Source: Malacoraja senta
Lineage: Eukaryota
NCBI GenBank assembly: GCA_038087875.1
Contig: CM075998.1
Location: 4,776,001 to 4,840,000, forward strand
Direction: 5' to 3'
DNA: 64,000 bases
Under the pieces are notes generated by a model, which saw only the letters and a program-made list of their open reading frames with translations, was not told the DNA's origin and made no database searches. The translations under genes and the position numbers were made by a program. The first letter of the stretch is position 1, and each line of letters starts with the position of its first letter. Shown here piece after piece: positions 48,485 through 61,234 of the stretch.

Positions 48485-50350
48485 TATAATTCTTGCCATT
48501 GAGGGAGTGCAGCGTAGGTTTACAAGGTTAATTCCCGGGATGGCGGGACTGTCATATGCTGAGAGAATAACCATATAACCATATAACAATTACAGCATGG
48601 AAACAGGCCATCTCGGCCCTTCAAGTCCATGCCGAACACTATTTCTCCCCTAGTCCCATCTACCTGCATTCAGACCATAACCCTCCATTCCTTTCCCGTC
48701 CATATACCCATCCAATCTATTTTTAAAGGATAAAATCGAACCTGTCCTATCCATGTACCTGTCTAACTGTTTCTTAAACGTTGGGATAATCCCAGCCTCA
48801 ACTACCTCCTCTGGCAGCTTGTTCCATACACCCACCACCCTCTGTGTGAAAAAGTTACCTCTCAGATCCTATTAAATCTTTCTCCCCTCACCTTGAACCT
48901 GTGTCCTCTGGTCCTCGATTCCCCTACTCTGGGCAAGACTCTGTGCGTCTACCCGATCTATTCCTCTCATGATTTTATACACCTCTATAAGATCACCCCT
49001 CATCCTCCTGCGCTCCAAGGAATAGAGTCCCAGCCTGCTCAACCTCTCCCTGTAGCTCAGGCCCTCTAGTCCTGGCAACATCCTTGTAAATCTTCTCTGA
49101 ACCCTTTCCAGCTTGACGACATCTTTCCTATAACACGGTGCCCAGAACTGAACACAATGTTTGGTTGTGGGCTGAAGGGCCTGTTCCTGTGCCGATACTG
49201 TACTGTACTATGTTTGATGTTCTATGTTCTATGCTTCCCTTCACGCTGTGCTGTGTTTTTCTAGGGTCTATGTAATAAATGTCCCAGATTTGACATCCAT
49301 CGAGGTTTTATCAGTATAATATTCACTGATTCTCCTTATCCTGGAGAACTTGTCACCGTCTAGTAGTTTAGAGATACATCGTGGAAACAGGCCTTCGGCC
49401 CACCGAGTCCATGCCGACTAGTTCCATGTTATCCCAGTTTTGCACACCACTCGCTGGGGGGTATTTTACAGCAACCTATTCATCTCCAAACCCGCACGTC
49501 TTTGGAGTGTAGGAGGAAACCGGAGCTCCCGGAGAAAACCCACGCGGGCCACAGGGAGAACGTGCAAACTCCGTATAGACAGCACCCGTGGTCAGGATGG
49601 AATCCGGGTCTCTGGCGCTGTGAGGCAGCAACTCTACCGCTGCGCCACCGTGTTAAGACTGAAAGCCTGCAACATGTAAGGAAGAGGGTTCCCACGGCAG
49701 AAGCTGGTCACTGATCACAGTCATAAGGTCATAAGTTGGTAAGTGATGGGAGCAGAATTAGGCCATTCGGCCCATCAAGTCTACTCCGCCATTCAATCAT
49801 GGCTGATCTATCTCTCCCTCCTCACCCCATTCTCCTGCCTTCTCCCCATAACCCCTGACACCCACACTAATCAAGAATCTATCAATCTCTGCCTTAAAAA
49901 TATCCACTGACTTGGCCTCTGTGGCAAAGAATTCCACAGATTCACCACCCTCTGACTGAAGAATCTTTCTATCTGCAGTCTTCAGTTTAGATCGATACGG
50001 GGCATCCCATTTCACAGGGATTAATGCAACCTATATCTTACAAATTAAAATCACATAAGTTGGAATAACTTATACTTGGGTAAACACACAGTCTCTAGCC
50101 CAGAGTCGAGGAATCAAGATACAGAGGACACAGATTTACGGTGAGGAGGGGGAAGGTTTAATAGGAACCTGAGGGGTGTGTGGAACGTTGGCAGAGGAGG
50201 TAGTTGAGGCAGGGACTATCCCAACGTTTCAGGTTTAGAAGGATACGGGCCGAATTCAGGCAGGTGGGACTAGTGTAGATGGGTCATGTTGGCCGGTGTG
50301 GGCAGGTTGGGCCGAAGGGCCTGTTTCCACCATGTATCACTCTATGACTT
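48485..50350. mobile_element. CR1 fragments and a SINE (49360-49652 -)
   Basis: CR1 C-terminal peptides and UTRs in both orientations. Confidence 0.8.
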
Positions 50351-50395
50351 CTGGATGCTGGAAATTGGAAACAAAAACAGAAGATGCTGGAAATT

Positions 50396-50900
50396 CTCAG
50401 CGGGTCAGGCAGCATCTGTGGAGAACATGGATAGGTGACGTTTCACAGAGTGCTGGAGTAACTCAGCGGATCAGGCAGCATCTGTGGAGAACATGGATAG
50501 GTGACGTTTCACAGAGTGCTGGAGTAACTCAGCGGGTCAGGCAGCATCTGTGGAGAACATGGATAGGTGACGTTTCACAGAGCGCTGGAGTAACTCAGCG
50601 GGTCAGGCAGCATCTGTGGAGAACATGGATAGGTGACGTTTCACAGAGTGCTGGAGTAACTCAGCGGGTCAGGCAGCATCTGTGGAGAACATGGATAGGT
50701 GACGTTTCACAGAGTGCTGGAGTAACTCAGCGGGTCAGGCAGCATCTGTGGAGAACATGGATAGGTGACGTTTCACAGAGTGCTGGAGTAACTCAGCGGG
50801 TCAGGCAGCATCTCTGGAGAACATGGATAGGTGACGTTTCACAGAGTGCTGGAGTAACTCAGCGGGTCAGGCAGCATCTGTGGAGAAAAGAAATGGGTGA
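50396..50900 (-). repeat. 66-bp tandem array (~7.5 units)
   Basis: Same unit as 11906-12300. Confidence 0.95.
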
Positions 50901-51102
50901 TGTATCGAGTTGAGATCCTTCATCAGACTCCCATTAGAGATAGTCCGAGGGCCTCCAATGAGGTAGATGGGAGGTCAGGACCGCTCTCTAGTTGGTGAGA
51001 GGACGGTTCAGTTGCCTGATAACAGCCGGGAAGAAACTGTCCCTGAATCTGGAGGTATGCGTTTGTTTTCACACTTCTGTACCTCTTGCCCGATGGGAGA
51101 GG

Positions 51103-51375
51103 GGTGGCGCAGCGGTAGAGTTGCTGCCTCACAGCGCCAGAGACCCGGGTTCCATCCCGACTACGGGTGCTGTCTGTACGGAGTTTGTACCTTCTCCCCG
51201 TGACCTGCGTGGGTTTTCCCCGAGATCTGCAATTTCCTCCCACACTCCAAAGACGTGCGGGTTTGTAGGTTAATCAGCTTGGTGCAAGTATTAATTGTCC
51301 CCAGTGTGTGTAGGATAGTGTTAGTGTGCGGGGATCGCTGGTTTCCGCGCTGTATCTCTAAAACTAAACTATAAA
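51103..51375 (+). mobile_element. HE1-like V-SINE
   Basis: A/B boxes and V-domain. Confidence 0.85.
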
Positions 51376-51849
51376 AACTAAAATGGGAGTGTCCGGGGTG
51401 AGACTGGTCAGCAGTCTGAAGAAGGGTTTCGGGACGAAACGTTGCCTCTTTCCTTCGCTCCATAGATGCTGCTGCACCCGCTGAGTTTCTCCAGCACTTT
51501 TATCTACCAGCGATGATGCTGCTGGCCTTGCCGAGGCAGCGTGAGGTGTAGATGGAGTCGACGTACTCTGTCTCCAGCATTGGCGACCTTGGGCCTGAAC
51601 AAGTGGACAGACTAATGGGTAAAGTGGAAGGTGAATCAACACCTTGAGGTCGGCACCACCTCGACCATTAACTTGCCTTTTACCGAGCAAAGGACATTTA
51701 TTTAATTCTAGGCTGCTGAAGTCAACGATAAATCGTTCGAGTTGGAGTTGGGGAAATTACAAAAGGTGAACATGAACTTGTAGCTAAAGATGTAAAAGAG
51801 GCAGCAGAAAACAGATGCCAACGCATCTCTTGAGGAGTGATCTCTTGAG

Positions 51850-52680
51850 AACACTGATGCCATTATTAAGAAAGCACATCAGCGCCTCTACTTCCTGAGA
51901 AGATTACGGAGAGTCGGTTTGTCGAGGAGGACTCTCTCGAACGTCTACAGGTGCACAGTAGAGAGCATGCTGACCGGTTGCATCGTGGCTTGGTTCGGCA
52001 ACTTGAGCGCCCTGGAGGGGAAAAGACTACACAAAGTTTTAAACATGGCCCAGTCCATCATCGGCTCTGACCTCCCCCTACCATCGAGGGGATCTATCGC
52101 AGTCGCTGCCTCAAAAAGGCTGGCAGTATCATCAAGGACCCACACCATCCTGGCCACACTCTCATCACTCCGCTACCATCAGGTAGAAGGTACAGGAGCC
52201 TGAAATCTGCAACATCCAGGTTCAGGAATAGCTACTTCCCCACAGCAATCAGGCTATTAAACTCAACTCAAACAAAACTCTGAATTTCAATAACCTATTG
52301 CACTTTATCTGGTTATTTATGTGTGTGTATATATATATATTCTATGGTAGGTACACAAAAATGCTGGAGAAACTCAGCGGGTGCAGCAGCATCTATGGAG
52401 CGAAGGAAATAGGTAATGTTTCGGGCCGAAACCCTTCTTCAGACCCTATTTCCTTCGCTCTATAGATGCTGCTGCACCCGCTGAGTTTCTCCAGCATTTT
52501 TGTGTACCTTCGATTTTCCAGCATCTGCAGTTCCTTCTTTAACACTATATTCTATGGTATATGGACACACTGATCTGTTTTGTAGTTAATGCCTACTATG
52601 TTCTGTTGTGCTGAAGCAAAGCAAGAATTTCATTGTCCTATCTGGGACACATGACAATAAACTCTCTTGAATCTTGATGA
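51850..52680 (+). mobile_element. Rex1/Babar LINE 3' fragment
   Basis: KKAHQRLYFLRRL, YRCTVESMLTGCIVAWFGN; its 3' UTR is interrupted at 52350-52545. Confidence 0.9.
52350..52545. mobile_element. Penelope-derived foldback insertion with 14-bp TSD
   Basis: TSD TATATTCTATGGTA (52336-52349 and 52546-52559); inverted arms; hammerhead-like motif on the minus strand at ~52413-52445. Confidence 0.85.
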
Positions 52681-52839
52681 ACCTGATGAAGACATGTTTC
52701 GGAAGGATGTGCAAGAAAGAACTGCAGATGCTGGTTTAAATTGAAGGTCGACACACAATGCTGGAGTAACTCAGCGGGACAGGCAGCATCTCTGGAGAGA
52801 AGGAATGGGTGATGTTTCGGGTCGAGACGCTACTTCAGA

Positions 52840-52867
52840 CTGAAGAAGGGTCTCGACCCGAAACGTC
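52840..52867 (+). ncRNA. Minimal hammerhead ribozyme motif at a foldback pivot
   Basis: CTGAAGA-A-GGGTCTCGACCC-GAAAC-GTC, with an inverted copy immediately upstream. Confidence 0.7.
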
Positions 52868-52984
52868 GCCCATTCCTTCTCTCCAGAGATGCTGCCTGTC
52901 CCGCTGAGTTACTCCAGCTTTTTGTGTCTCTCTTTGGTGACAACGTGTAATTAGTTTTCCTGATGCACAGTACTGCTTGTGTAC

Positions 52985-53610
52985 TGGAGCAAAGAGGTCC
53001 TTCTGCAGTTGTACAGGGCCCTAGTGAGACCACACCTGGAGTATTGTGTGCAGTTTTGGTCCCCTAATTTGAGGAAGGACATTCTTGCTATTGAGGGAGT
53101 GCAGCGTAGGTTTACAAGGTTAATTTCCAGGATGGCGGGACTGTCATATGCTGAGAGAATGGAGCAGCTGGGCTTGTACACTCTGGAGTTTAGAAGGATG
53201 AGAGGGTATCTCATTGAAACATATAGGATTGTTAAGGGCTTGGACACGCTAGAGGCAGGAAACATGTTCCCGATGTTGGGGGAGTCCAGAACCAGGGGCC
53301 ACACACAGTTTAAGAATAAGGAGTAAGCCATTTAGAACGGAGACGAGGAAACACATTTTCTCACAGAGAGTGGTGAGTCTGTGGAATTCTCTGCCTCAGA
53401 GGGCGGTGGAGGCAGGTTCTCTGGATGCTTTCAAGAAAGAGCTAGATAGGGCTCTTAAAGATAGCGGAGTCAGGGGATATGGGGAGAAGGCAGGAACGGG
53501 GTACTGATTGGGGATGATCAGCCATGATCACATTGAATGGCGGTGCTGGCTCGAAGGGCCAAATGGCCTCCTCCTGCACCTATTGTCTATTGTCAATTAT
53601 TGTCTATTGT
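52985..53610 (+). mobile_element. CR1 3' fragment
   Basis: ORF 52979-53326 plus 3' UTR and tail. Confidence 0.9.
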
Positions 53611-53617
53611 CATGTGT

Positions 53618-54110
53618 AATGCTTGGTCTCACCGATGTAGATCAGCTGGCATCTAGAGCAGCGAATGCAATAGATGAGGTTGGAGGAGATGCAGGTGAAC
53701 CTCTGTCGCACCTGGAACGACTGCTTGGGTCCTTGAATGGAGTAGAGGGGGGAGGTGAAGGGACAAGTGTTGCACCTCTTGCGGTTGCAAGGGAAAGTAC
53801 CAGGGGAGGGGGTGGTACGGGAGGGAAGGGAAGAATTGACAAGGGAGTTACGGAGGGAGCGGTCTTTGCGGAAGGCAGACATGGGGGGAGATGGGAAGAT
53901 GTGGCGAGTGGTGGGGTCACGTTGGAGGTGGCGAAACTGACGGAGGATCACTTGTTGTATGTGACGGCTGGTGGGGTGAAAGGTGAGGACTAGGGGGACT
54001 CTGCCCTTGTTGTGAGTGGGGGGATGGGGAGAGAGAGCAGTGTTGCGGGGTATGGCAGAGACCCTGGTGCGAGCCTCATCTATGGTGGAGGAGGGGAACC
54101 CCCGTTCCCT
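53618..54110 (-). mobile_element. Penelope-like element, GIY-YIG endonuclease fragment
   Basis: RVPLVLTFHP..C.RKRCNTC..FTCISSNLIYCIRCSRCQLIYIGETK. Confidence 0.9.
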
Positions 54111-54425
54111 GAGAGTGGAGTCAAGGGATATGGGGAGAAGGCAGGCACAGGCTATTGATTGGGGACGATCAGCCATGATCACAATGAATGGCGGTGCTGG
54201 ATCGAAGGGCCGAATGGTCTCCTCCTGCACCTACTTTCTATGTTTCTATGTTTCTATGTCATTAATATCATTTCTCCAGAACTGCCTGCAGTTGTCTCGA
54301 AGGGAAGCGTTTTATTGTGAAGCTTCCTTGCAATTAAGACAAATGACATCATTTCCACATCTCTCCTCCCCGCTCCATGGATTCGAACGACAAAGGTCGA
54401 TTCCTCAATCTCCGCTCTCTGCTCT

Positions 54426-54579
54426 TTAGCTCTCTTCCCTGAAGCCACCGCACTTCAAGACCTTCTCCTGATCCGAGAGCGGTGTCAAAAAATCAAACCT
54501 GCTTCCTGATCTCGGCCCCCGATTCCTCCTTCCTCCATTGTCCTCCTCCTGGACATCCGGCAGGCGTTTGTGAAGAGCC
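54426..54579 (-). CDS. Candidate terminal coding exon of an unidentified host gene
   Basis: Non-repetitive island; pyrimidine-rich acceptor ..CTCTGTTTCAG; open frame ALHKRLPDVQEEDNGG...LTPLSDQEKVLKCGGFREES*; AATAAA downstream at ~54311-54316. Reading frame not confirmed. Confidence 0.4.
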
Positions 54580-54756
54580 CTGAAACAGAGTTCTTAAAGA
54601 AGGCGCAAAAAATAAACTCTTGAAATGTGCAGGAAGGGAATTTCGGATGCTGGTTTACACCGAAGATAGACTCCAAAAGCTGGAGTAACTCGACGGGACA
54701 GGCGAGAAGGAACGGTTGACACTTCATAACCATTCCATGCTGCCTTTCCCGCTAAG

Positions 54757-55070
54757 ATTAGTTTAGTTTAGAGATACAGTGTTGGAACAGGCCCTTCGGC
54801 CCACCGAGTCCGTGCTGACCAGCGATCCCCGGACATTAACACCACCCTACACACACTAGGGACAATTTACATTTTATATCAAGCCAATTAACCTACAAAC
54901 CTGCACGTCTTTGGAGTGTGGCAGGAAACCGAAGACCTCGGAGAAAACGCACGCGGGTCACGGGGAGAAGGTACAAACTCCGCAGACAGCGCCCGCAGTC
55001 GGGATTGAACCCGGGTCTCCGGCGCTTCATTCGCTGTAAGGCAGCAACTCTACTGCTGCGCCACCGTGAC
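54757..55070 (-). mobile_element. HE1-like V-SINE
   Basis: Full head, V-domain and tail. Confidence 0.85.
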
Positions 55071-55284
55071 CACGTGACCACTATTGCGAACTCTCCCTGC
55101 ATTATGGCCATGCATGCTGCCTCTTAATGGACGTAAGCAACAGAATTGTGCTCTTTCCTTTGGATTCAAGTTAGCGTTTGTCATATTGAGAGTGGCAGCA
55201 AGAGACGGCACAGAAGCAGGCCCTTCAGCCCACCAAGTCTGTGCTGGCCATCCATCACCCATTTACACGAGTTTCATAAGTGAC

Positions 55285-55510
55285 AGACACAAAAAGCTGG
55301 AGTAACTCAGCGGGACAGGCAGCATCTCTGGAGAGAAGGAATGGGTGACGTTTCAGGTTGAGACCCTTCTTCAGTTCAGTTCAGTCTGGAGAAGGGTCTC
55401 GACCCGAAACGTCACCCATTCCTTCTCTCCACAGATGCTGCCCGTCCCGCTGAGTTACTCCAGCTTTTTGTGTCTCTCTTTTGTGTCTCAGCCTCTGCAG
55501 TTCCTTCTTA
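55285..55510. mobile_element. Penelope-derived foldback with two opposed hammerhead-like motifs
   Basis: ..ACCCTTCTTCAG-spacer-CTGGAGAAGGGTCTCGACCCGAAACGTC.. Confidence 0.75.
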
Positions 55511-55514
55511 CTTA

Positions 55515-56305
55515 GAAACATAGAAACATAGAAAATAGGTGCAGGAGGAGGCCATTCGGCCCTTCGAGCCTGCACCGCCATTCATTGTGATCATGGCTGA
55601 TCATCCCCAATCAATAACCAGTGCCTGCCTTCTCCCCATATCCCTTGATTCCACTAGCCCCTAGAGCTCTATCTAACTCTCCCTTGTCATCCAGTGACTT
55701 GGCCTCCACTGCCCTCTGTGGCAGGGAATTCCATAAATTCACAACTCTCTGGGTGAAAACGTTTTTTCTCACCTCAGTCTTAAATGGCCTCCCCTTTATT
55801 CTAAGACTGTGGCCCCTGGTTCTGGACTCGCCCAACATTGGGAACATGTTTCCTGCATCTAGCTTGTCCAGTCCTTTTATAATTGTATATGTTTCTATAA
55901 GATCACCCCTCATCCTTCTAAACTCCACTGAATACAAGCGTAGTCCTTTCAATCTTTCCTCATATGACAGTCCCGCCATCCCAGGGATCAATCTCGTGAA
56001 CCTATGCTGCACTGCCTCAATCACAAGGATGTCCTTCCTCAAATTAGGAGACCAAAACTGTACACAGTACTCCAGATGTGGTCTCACCAGAGCCCTATAC
56101 AACTGCAGAAGAACCTCTTTACTCCTATACTGAAATCCTCTTGTTATGAAGGCCAACATTCCATTAGCTTTCTTCACTGCCTGCTGTACCTGCACGCCAA
56201 CTTTCAGTGACCGGTGTACAAGGACACCCAGGTCTCGCTGCACCCCTTACCTAACCTAACCCCATTGAGATAATAATCTGCCCCCTTGTTTTTGCCGCCA
56301 AAGTG
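55515..56305 (-). mobile_element. CR1 3' fragment
   Basis: ORF 55611-56243 ending GYGEKAGTGY*. Confidence 0.92.
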
Positions 56306-56619
56306 ATAGGAGCACAATTAGGCCATTCGGCCCATTTTATTCTCCCCACATTCCCATCAACCTTCGGCCCATCTATTCCGTGCTGACCATCAATCACCCG
56401 TTCACGCTAGTTCTGTTTTATCCCACATTCCCATCCACTCCCATCCACACACTAGGGGGGCAATTTACAGTGGGATCAATTAACCTACACACCCGCACGT
56501 CTTTGGGATGTGGGAGGAAACTGGAGCACCCGGAGGAAACCCACGTGGGTCACAGGGAGAGCGTGCAAACTCCACACAGTCAGCATCCCTTAACTCTTTC
56601 CTCTCATCCTTATTTTTGC

Positions 56620-57545
56620 TTTAAAGAGTTTAGAAGGATGAGAAGGGATCTCATTGAAACATATAAGATTGTTAAGGGCTTGGACACGCTAGAGGAAGGA
56701 AACATGTTCCCGATGTTGGGTGAGTCCAGAACCAGGGGCCACAGTTTAAGAATAAGGAGTAAGCCATTTAGAACGGAGATGAGGAAACACTTTTTCTCAC
56801 AGAGTTGTGAGTCTGTGGAATTCTCTGCCTCAGAGGGAGGTGGAGGCAGGTTCTCTGGATACTTTCAAGAGAGAGCTAGATAGGGCTCTTAAAGCTAGCG
56901 GAGTCAGGGGATATGGGGAGAAGGCAGGAACGGGGTACTGATTGGGGATGATCAGCCATGATCACATTGAATGGCGGTGCTGGCTCGAAGGGCCAAATGG
57001 CCTACTCCTGCACCTATTGTCTATTGTCTATCCTAGACCTGTAAGAGGCTTGTTCATGGAGGGAATTCCAGGAGGTAGTGCGTGGCAAGCTGAGCAACCA
57101 TCCAGCTACGGAATGAAGGGTCGGACAAGAGGGCCAAAATGGAGGAGCGCTGGAGCTCAGGTGGAGAGGAGGAGGAGGTCGCCAAGATCAAAGACTAGAG
57201 TGCACAGCTTTAAGGTGAGAGGGGCAAAGTTGGGGCTGGCAAGGTGGCGCAGCGGTAGAGTTGCTGCCTCACAGCGCTTGAGACCCAGGTTCCATCGCGA
57301 CCACGGGTGCTGTCTGTACGGAGTTTGCACGTTCTCCCCGTGACCTGTGTGGGTTTTCTCCGAGATCCTCGGTTTCCTCCCACACTCCAAAGACGTACAG
57401 GTTTGTAGGTTAATTGGCTTGGTGTAGGTGTAAATTGTCCCTAGTGTGTGTAGGAAAGAGCTAGTATGCGGGGATCGCCGGCGGGCGCAGACTCGGTGAG
57501 CCGAAGGGCCTGCTCCCACGCTGTATCTCTAAACTAGACTAAAGT
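56620..57545 (+). mobile_element. CR1 3' fragment (56620-57030) and HE1-like SINE (57240-57545)
   Basis: Homology to other copies in the window. Confidence 0.85.
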
Positions 57546-57674
57546 CAATGTAGAAGGTGGGTCATGGAAGGGAGGGGTGGTGATGGTGAAACTACTTCCA
57601 TCGAGTCTCGACCCGAAACGTTGCCTTTTCCTTCGCTCCATAGACGCTGCCTCACCCGCTGAGTTCCTCCAGCA

Positions 57675-58320
57675 TTTTTTTAAAAATATTAATTTTATTA
57701 GAAGCAATTGTACAAAGAGAAAGTGATCGATGTAACAATTATACAAAATTCGTACTGCTTCAGTTTTAACTTTTTTTTTGTTTTTTTTTTGAAAATATTT
57801 TTTATTGGAGATAAGTACACAACATATTATCATCATTACCAGTCTTACATTTTTAAATTGATAATATTGTCAATTATTACATTGTCTCCAATACCTTTTT
57901 TATTTATTTTTATTTTTATTTTTTATTTTTTTTAAAAACTAGATAGAACTAAAAAGATAGATGAAGTAAAGAAAGAAAAGAGAAAGAAAAAAACAAAAAC
58001 AAAAAAGAAAAAAAACAAAAAAAAAAGAAAACAGAAAAGAAAAAGATAGTTAAAGAAGAATGGGAACATTTATTAAGATAAAAAACTACGTTCGAGATAT
58101 ATTCGTATACATTTCAGAGTATAACATTTCATCCATTCTTTAGCCCGAGTGCTAGTCAGGTTTTAACATTTTATAAACTAATAACTAAATCGGAAAAAAA
58201 AGGAAAAAGGAAAAAAGGGAAAGAAAGAAGAAAAGAAAAAGAAAAGAAAGAATTTCGAGAAAGACACGAAAAAGAAAAAAAGAAAACCCCCAGAACTAAC
58301 GAATAAGTGAAAAAAGCGGA
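57675..58320 (-). mobile_element. Probable L1 3' UTR fragment
   Basis: TTTTATTAGAAGCAAT end and A-rich blocks resemble 29103-29180 and 32370-32680. Confidence 0.6.
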
Positions 58321-58920
58321 GATAGGGCTCTGGTGAGACCACATCTGGAGTATTGTGTACAGTTTTGGTCTCCTAATTTGAGGAAGGACATCCTTGTGAT
58401 TGAGGCAGTGCAGCGTAGGTTCACGAGATTGATCCCTGGGATGGCGGGACTGTCATATGAGGAAAGATTGAAACGACTAGGCTTGTATTCACTGGAGTTT
58501 AGAAGGATGAGGGGGGGATCTTATAGAAACATATAAAATTATAAAAGGACTGGACAAGCTAGATGCAGGAAAAATGTTCCCAATGTTGGGCGAGTCCAGA
58601 ACCAGGGGCCACAGTCTTAGAATAAAGGGGAGGTCATTTAAGACTGAGGTGAGAAAAAACGTTTTCACCCAGAGAGTTGTGAATTTGTGGAATTCCCTGC
58701 CACAGAGGGCAGTGGAGGCCAAGTCACTGGATGGATTTAAGAGAGAGTTAGATAGAGCTCTAGGGGCTAGTGGAGTCGAGGGATATGGGGAGAAGGCAGG
58801 CACGGGTTATTGATAGGGGACGATCAGCCATGATCACAATGAATGGCGGTGCTGGCTCGAAGGGCGAATGGCCTCCTCCTGCACCTATTTTCTATGTTTC
58901 TATGTTTCTATGTTTCTATA
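58320..58920 (+). mobile_element. CR1 3' fragment
   Basis: [13 protein letters not shown]...GYGEKAGTGY and (TTTCTATG)n tail. Confidence 0.9.
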
Positions 58921-59791
58921 TATCCCACTGCCCTTCCCTACGCCCGCTCACCCGACCCTAGAGTCGGCTTTGAGTTTGTGTTCAACCATTATGTTGTTGA
59001 AGAAATTCAATAAAAGGAGACCATATTTTAGAAAATTGATCTGTTTTTTCTCCAGCATTTTTGTCCACCTTCGATCTTTCCAGCATCTGCAGTTCTTTCT
59101 GAAAAACCTCCATCGATATGGCACATATACCACATCCCTTGAACTGAAGCAGTCATTTGTGTCGAGTCAAATGATTTCCAGATTCTGAAACATACTGGTG
59201 CATAAAGAATCAGACTTGCGTCTCGAGTGAGCTGAAGCAAGACTCTCGGCTTCTGTACCCTGGGCAAAGGATAGATCCACAGGATTACACATGAGACGTT
59301 AACTTCACACCCTGGCGCCAAACACAAGCAGTCACGCCAGGCATTTCGATAAGAGACTACGCCATCAAACGGATTTATTCTACAACAAAAACTATTCAGG
59401 GTAATAGTCATTTGAAATCAGGTCAAACAAAACAGCAGCTTTGAATCCAGTTCATGGACGTTCCTTTATGAAGGAGGTGAGGAGGAATTTCTTTAGCCAG
59501 AGGGTGGTGAATCTGTGAGATTCATTGCCACAGACGGCTGTGGAGGCCAAGTCAGTGGGTATTTTTAAAGCAGAGTTAGACAGATTCTTGATTAGTGCGG
59601 GTGTCAGGGGTTATGGGGAGAAGGCAGGAGAATGGGTTAGGAGGGAGAGATAGATCAGGTAAGTTTCAATGGCGGAGTAGACTTGATGGGCCGAATGGCC
59701 TTATTCTGCTCCTATCACTCATGAACTTCTGAACTAACTCTGTTTTCCCTCTTTTTAACAGAATCAGTTGCATATCCAGTCAGAAGATGGA

Positions 59792-60450
59792 CACAGAGTG
59801 CTGGAGTAACTCAGCGGGTCAGGCAGCATCTGTGGAGAACATGGATAGGTGACGTTTCACAGAGTGCTGGAGTAACTCAGTGGGTCAGGCAGCATCTGTG
59901 GAGAACATGGATAGGTGACGTTTCACAGAGTGCTGGAGTAACTCAGCGGGTCAGGCAGCATCTGTGGAGAACATGGATAGGTGACGTTTCACAGAGTGCT
60001 GGAGTAACTCAGCGGGTCAGGCAGCATCTGTGGAGAACATGGATAGGTGACGTTTCACAGAGTGCTGGAGTAACTCAGCGGGTCAGGCAGCATCTGTGGA
60101 GAACATGGATAGGTGACGTTTCGGGTCGGGACCCTTCTTCAGTTTGACCCTTTCATATCTCTGTGTCTCCCTCCCCACTGACTCTCAGTCTGAAAAAGGG
60201 TCTCGACGCGAAACGTCAACCATTCCTTCTCTCCATAGATGCTGCCTGACCCGCTGAGTTACTCCAGCACTCTGTGAAACGTCACCTATCCATGTTCTGC
60301 AGAGATGCTGCCTGACCCGCTGAGTTACTCCAGCACTCTGTGAAACGTCACCTATCCATGTTCTCCACAGATGCTGCCTGACCCGCTGAGTTACTCCAGC
60401 ATTTTGTGTCTATCTTCGGTTTAAAGCAGCACCTGCAGTTCCTTCCTGAA
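59792..60450. repeat. Opposed 66-bp arrays (5 units -, ~3 units +) around two hammerhead-like motifs
   Basis: The array to ~60122 runs into CGGGTCGGGACCCTTCTTCAG; CTGAAAAAGGGTCTCGACGCGAAACGTC at ~60190-60217 starts the inverted array. Confidence 0.9.
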
Positions 60451-60724
60451 CATGTTCAGTCAGACTGCTGTTTACCGATAAGGCTTGTTGTGATTTGGGC
60501 ATTTATTTGATACCTTAGTCTGCTTTCAGTTTTGGTTCAGGGATCGCACACTTTGAACGGATGCGGACATGCGTGAAGGATACTGGGAATAAAAGGGTGA
60601 GGGACCAGTGGAATTCTTTGCCACAGACGGCTGTGGAGGCCAAGTCAATGGATATATTTAAGGCAGAGATAGACAGATTCTTGGTTAGTGCGGGTGTCGG
60701 GGGTTATGGGGAGAAGGCAGCAGA

Positions 60725-61005
60725 ATGTTTTTTTTTCTCTTTACAAATACTTTATTCAAAAAACTAAATCAACATACAAAGTAGTATATCGTTCATATCA
60801 AAAACTCCCTGTATCGGCAGTTTACAAATCAAAAAAAAAAAATTCAAATTCAAATCCCGCCATCCTTGTCTATAATACAATCGACCTCCCGCGGCGACCA
60901 GCGTTCACGGAAGGCCTCCAGCGTGGACACCGCGTGTTCCCGCTTCAGGGACACGCGGGCACGGACGGAACCCCGGAAAAGGGGCAGGCAGCCGACCCCT
61001 GTGCA
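60725..61005 (-). mobile_element. Tx1/L1 3' fragment
   Basis: LPLFRGSVRARVSLKREHAVSTLEAFRERW, then AATAAA and an A-rich tail. Confidence 0.7.
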
Positions 61006-61234
61006 GCAGAATGGGGTTGGGAGAGATAGATCAGCCGTGATTGAATGGCGGAGTAGACTCGATGGGCCGAATGGCCTCATTCGACTCCTATTTCTTATGA
61101 CCTTATGACCATAAAAGCTGGAGTAACTCAGCGGGTCGGGCAGCATCACTGGAGGGAAGGAATGCGTGATGTTTCGGGTCGAGACCCTCCTTCAGGCCGA
61201 GCTCAGTCTGGTGGAGTAGAGCATAGAACAGTAG

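Noticed and set aside
50296..50913. Repeat-protein ORFs (SAGVTQRVRQHLWRTWIGDVSQ)n, also at 11884 and 46996
   Set aside because: A by-product of a stop-free 66-bp unit; no gene structure.
51577..51630. Plus-strand mini-exon (IGDLGPEQVDRLMGKVE)
   Set aside because: Isolated AG/GT pair with the acceptor abutting a repeat; no supporting exons.
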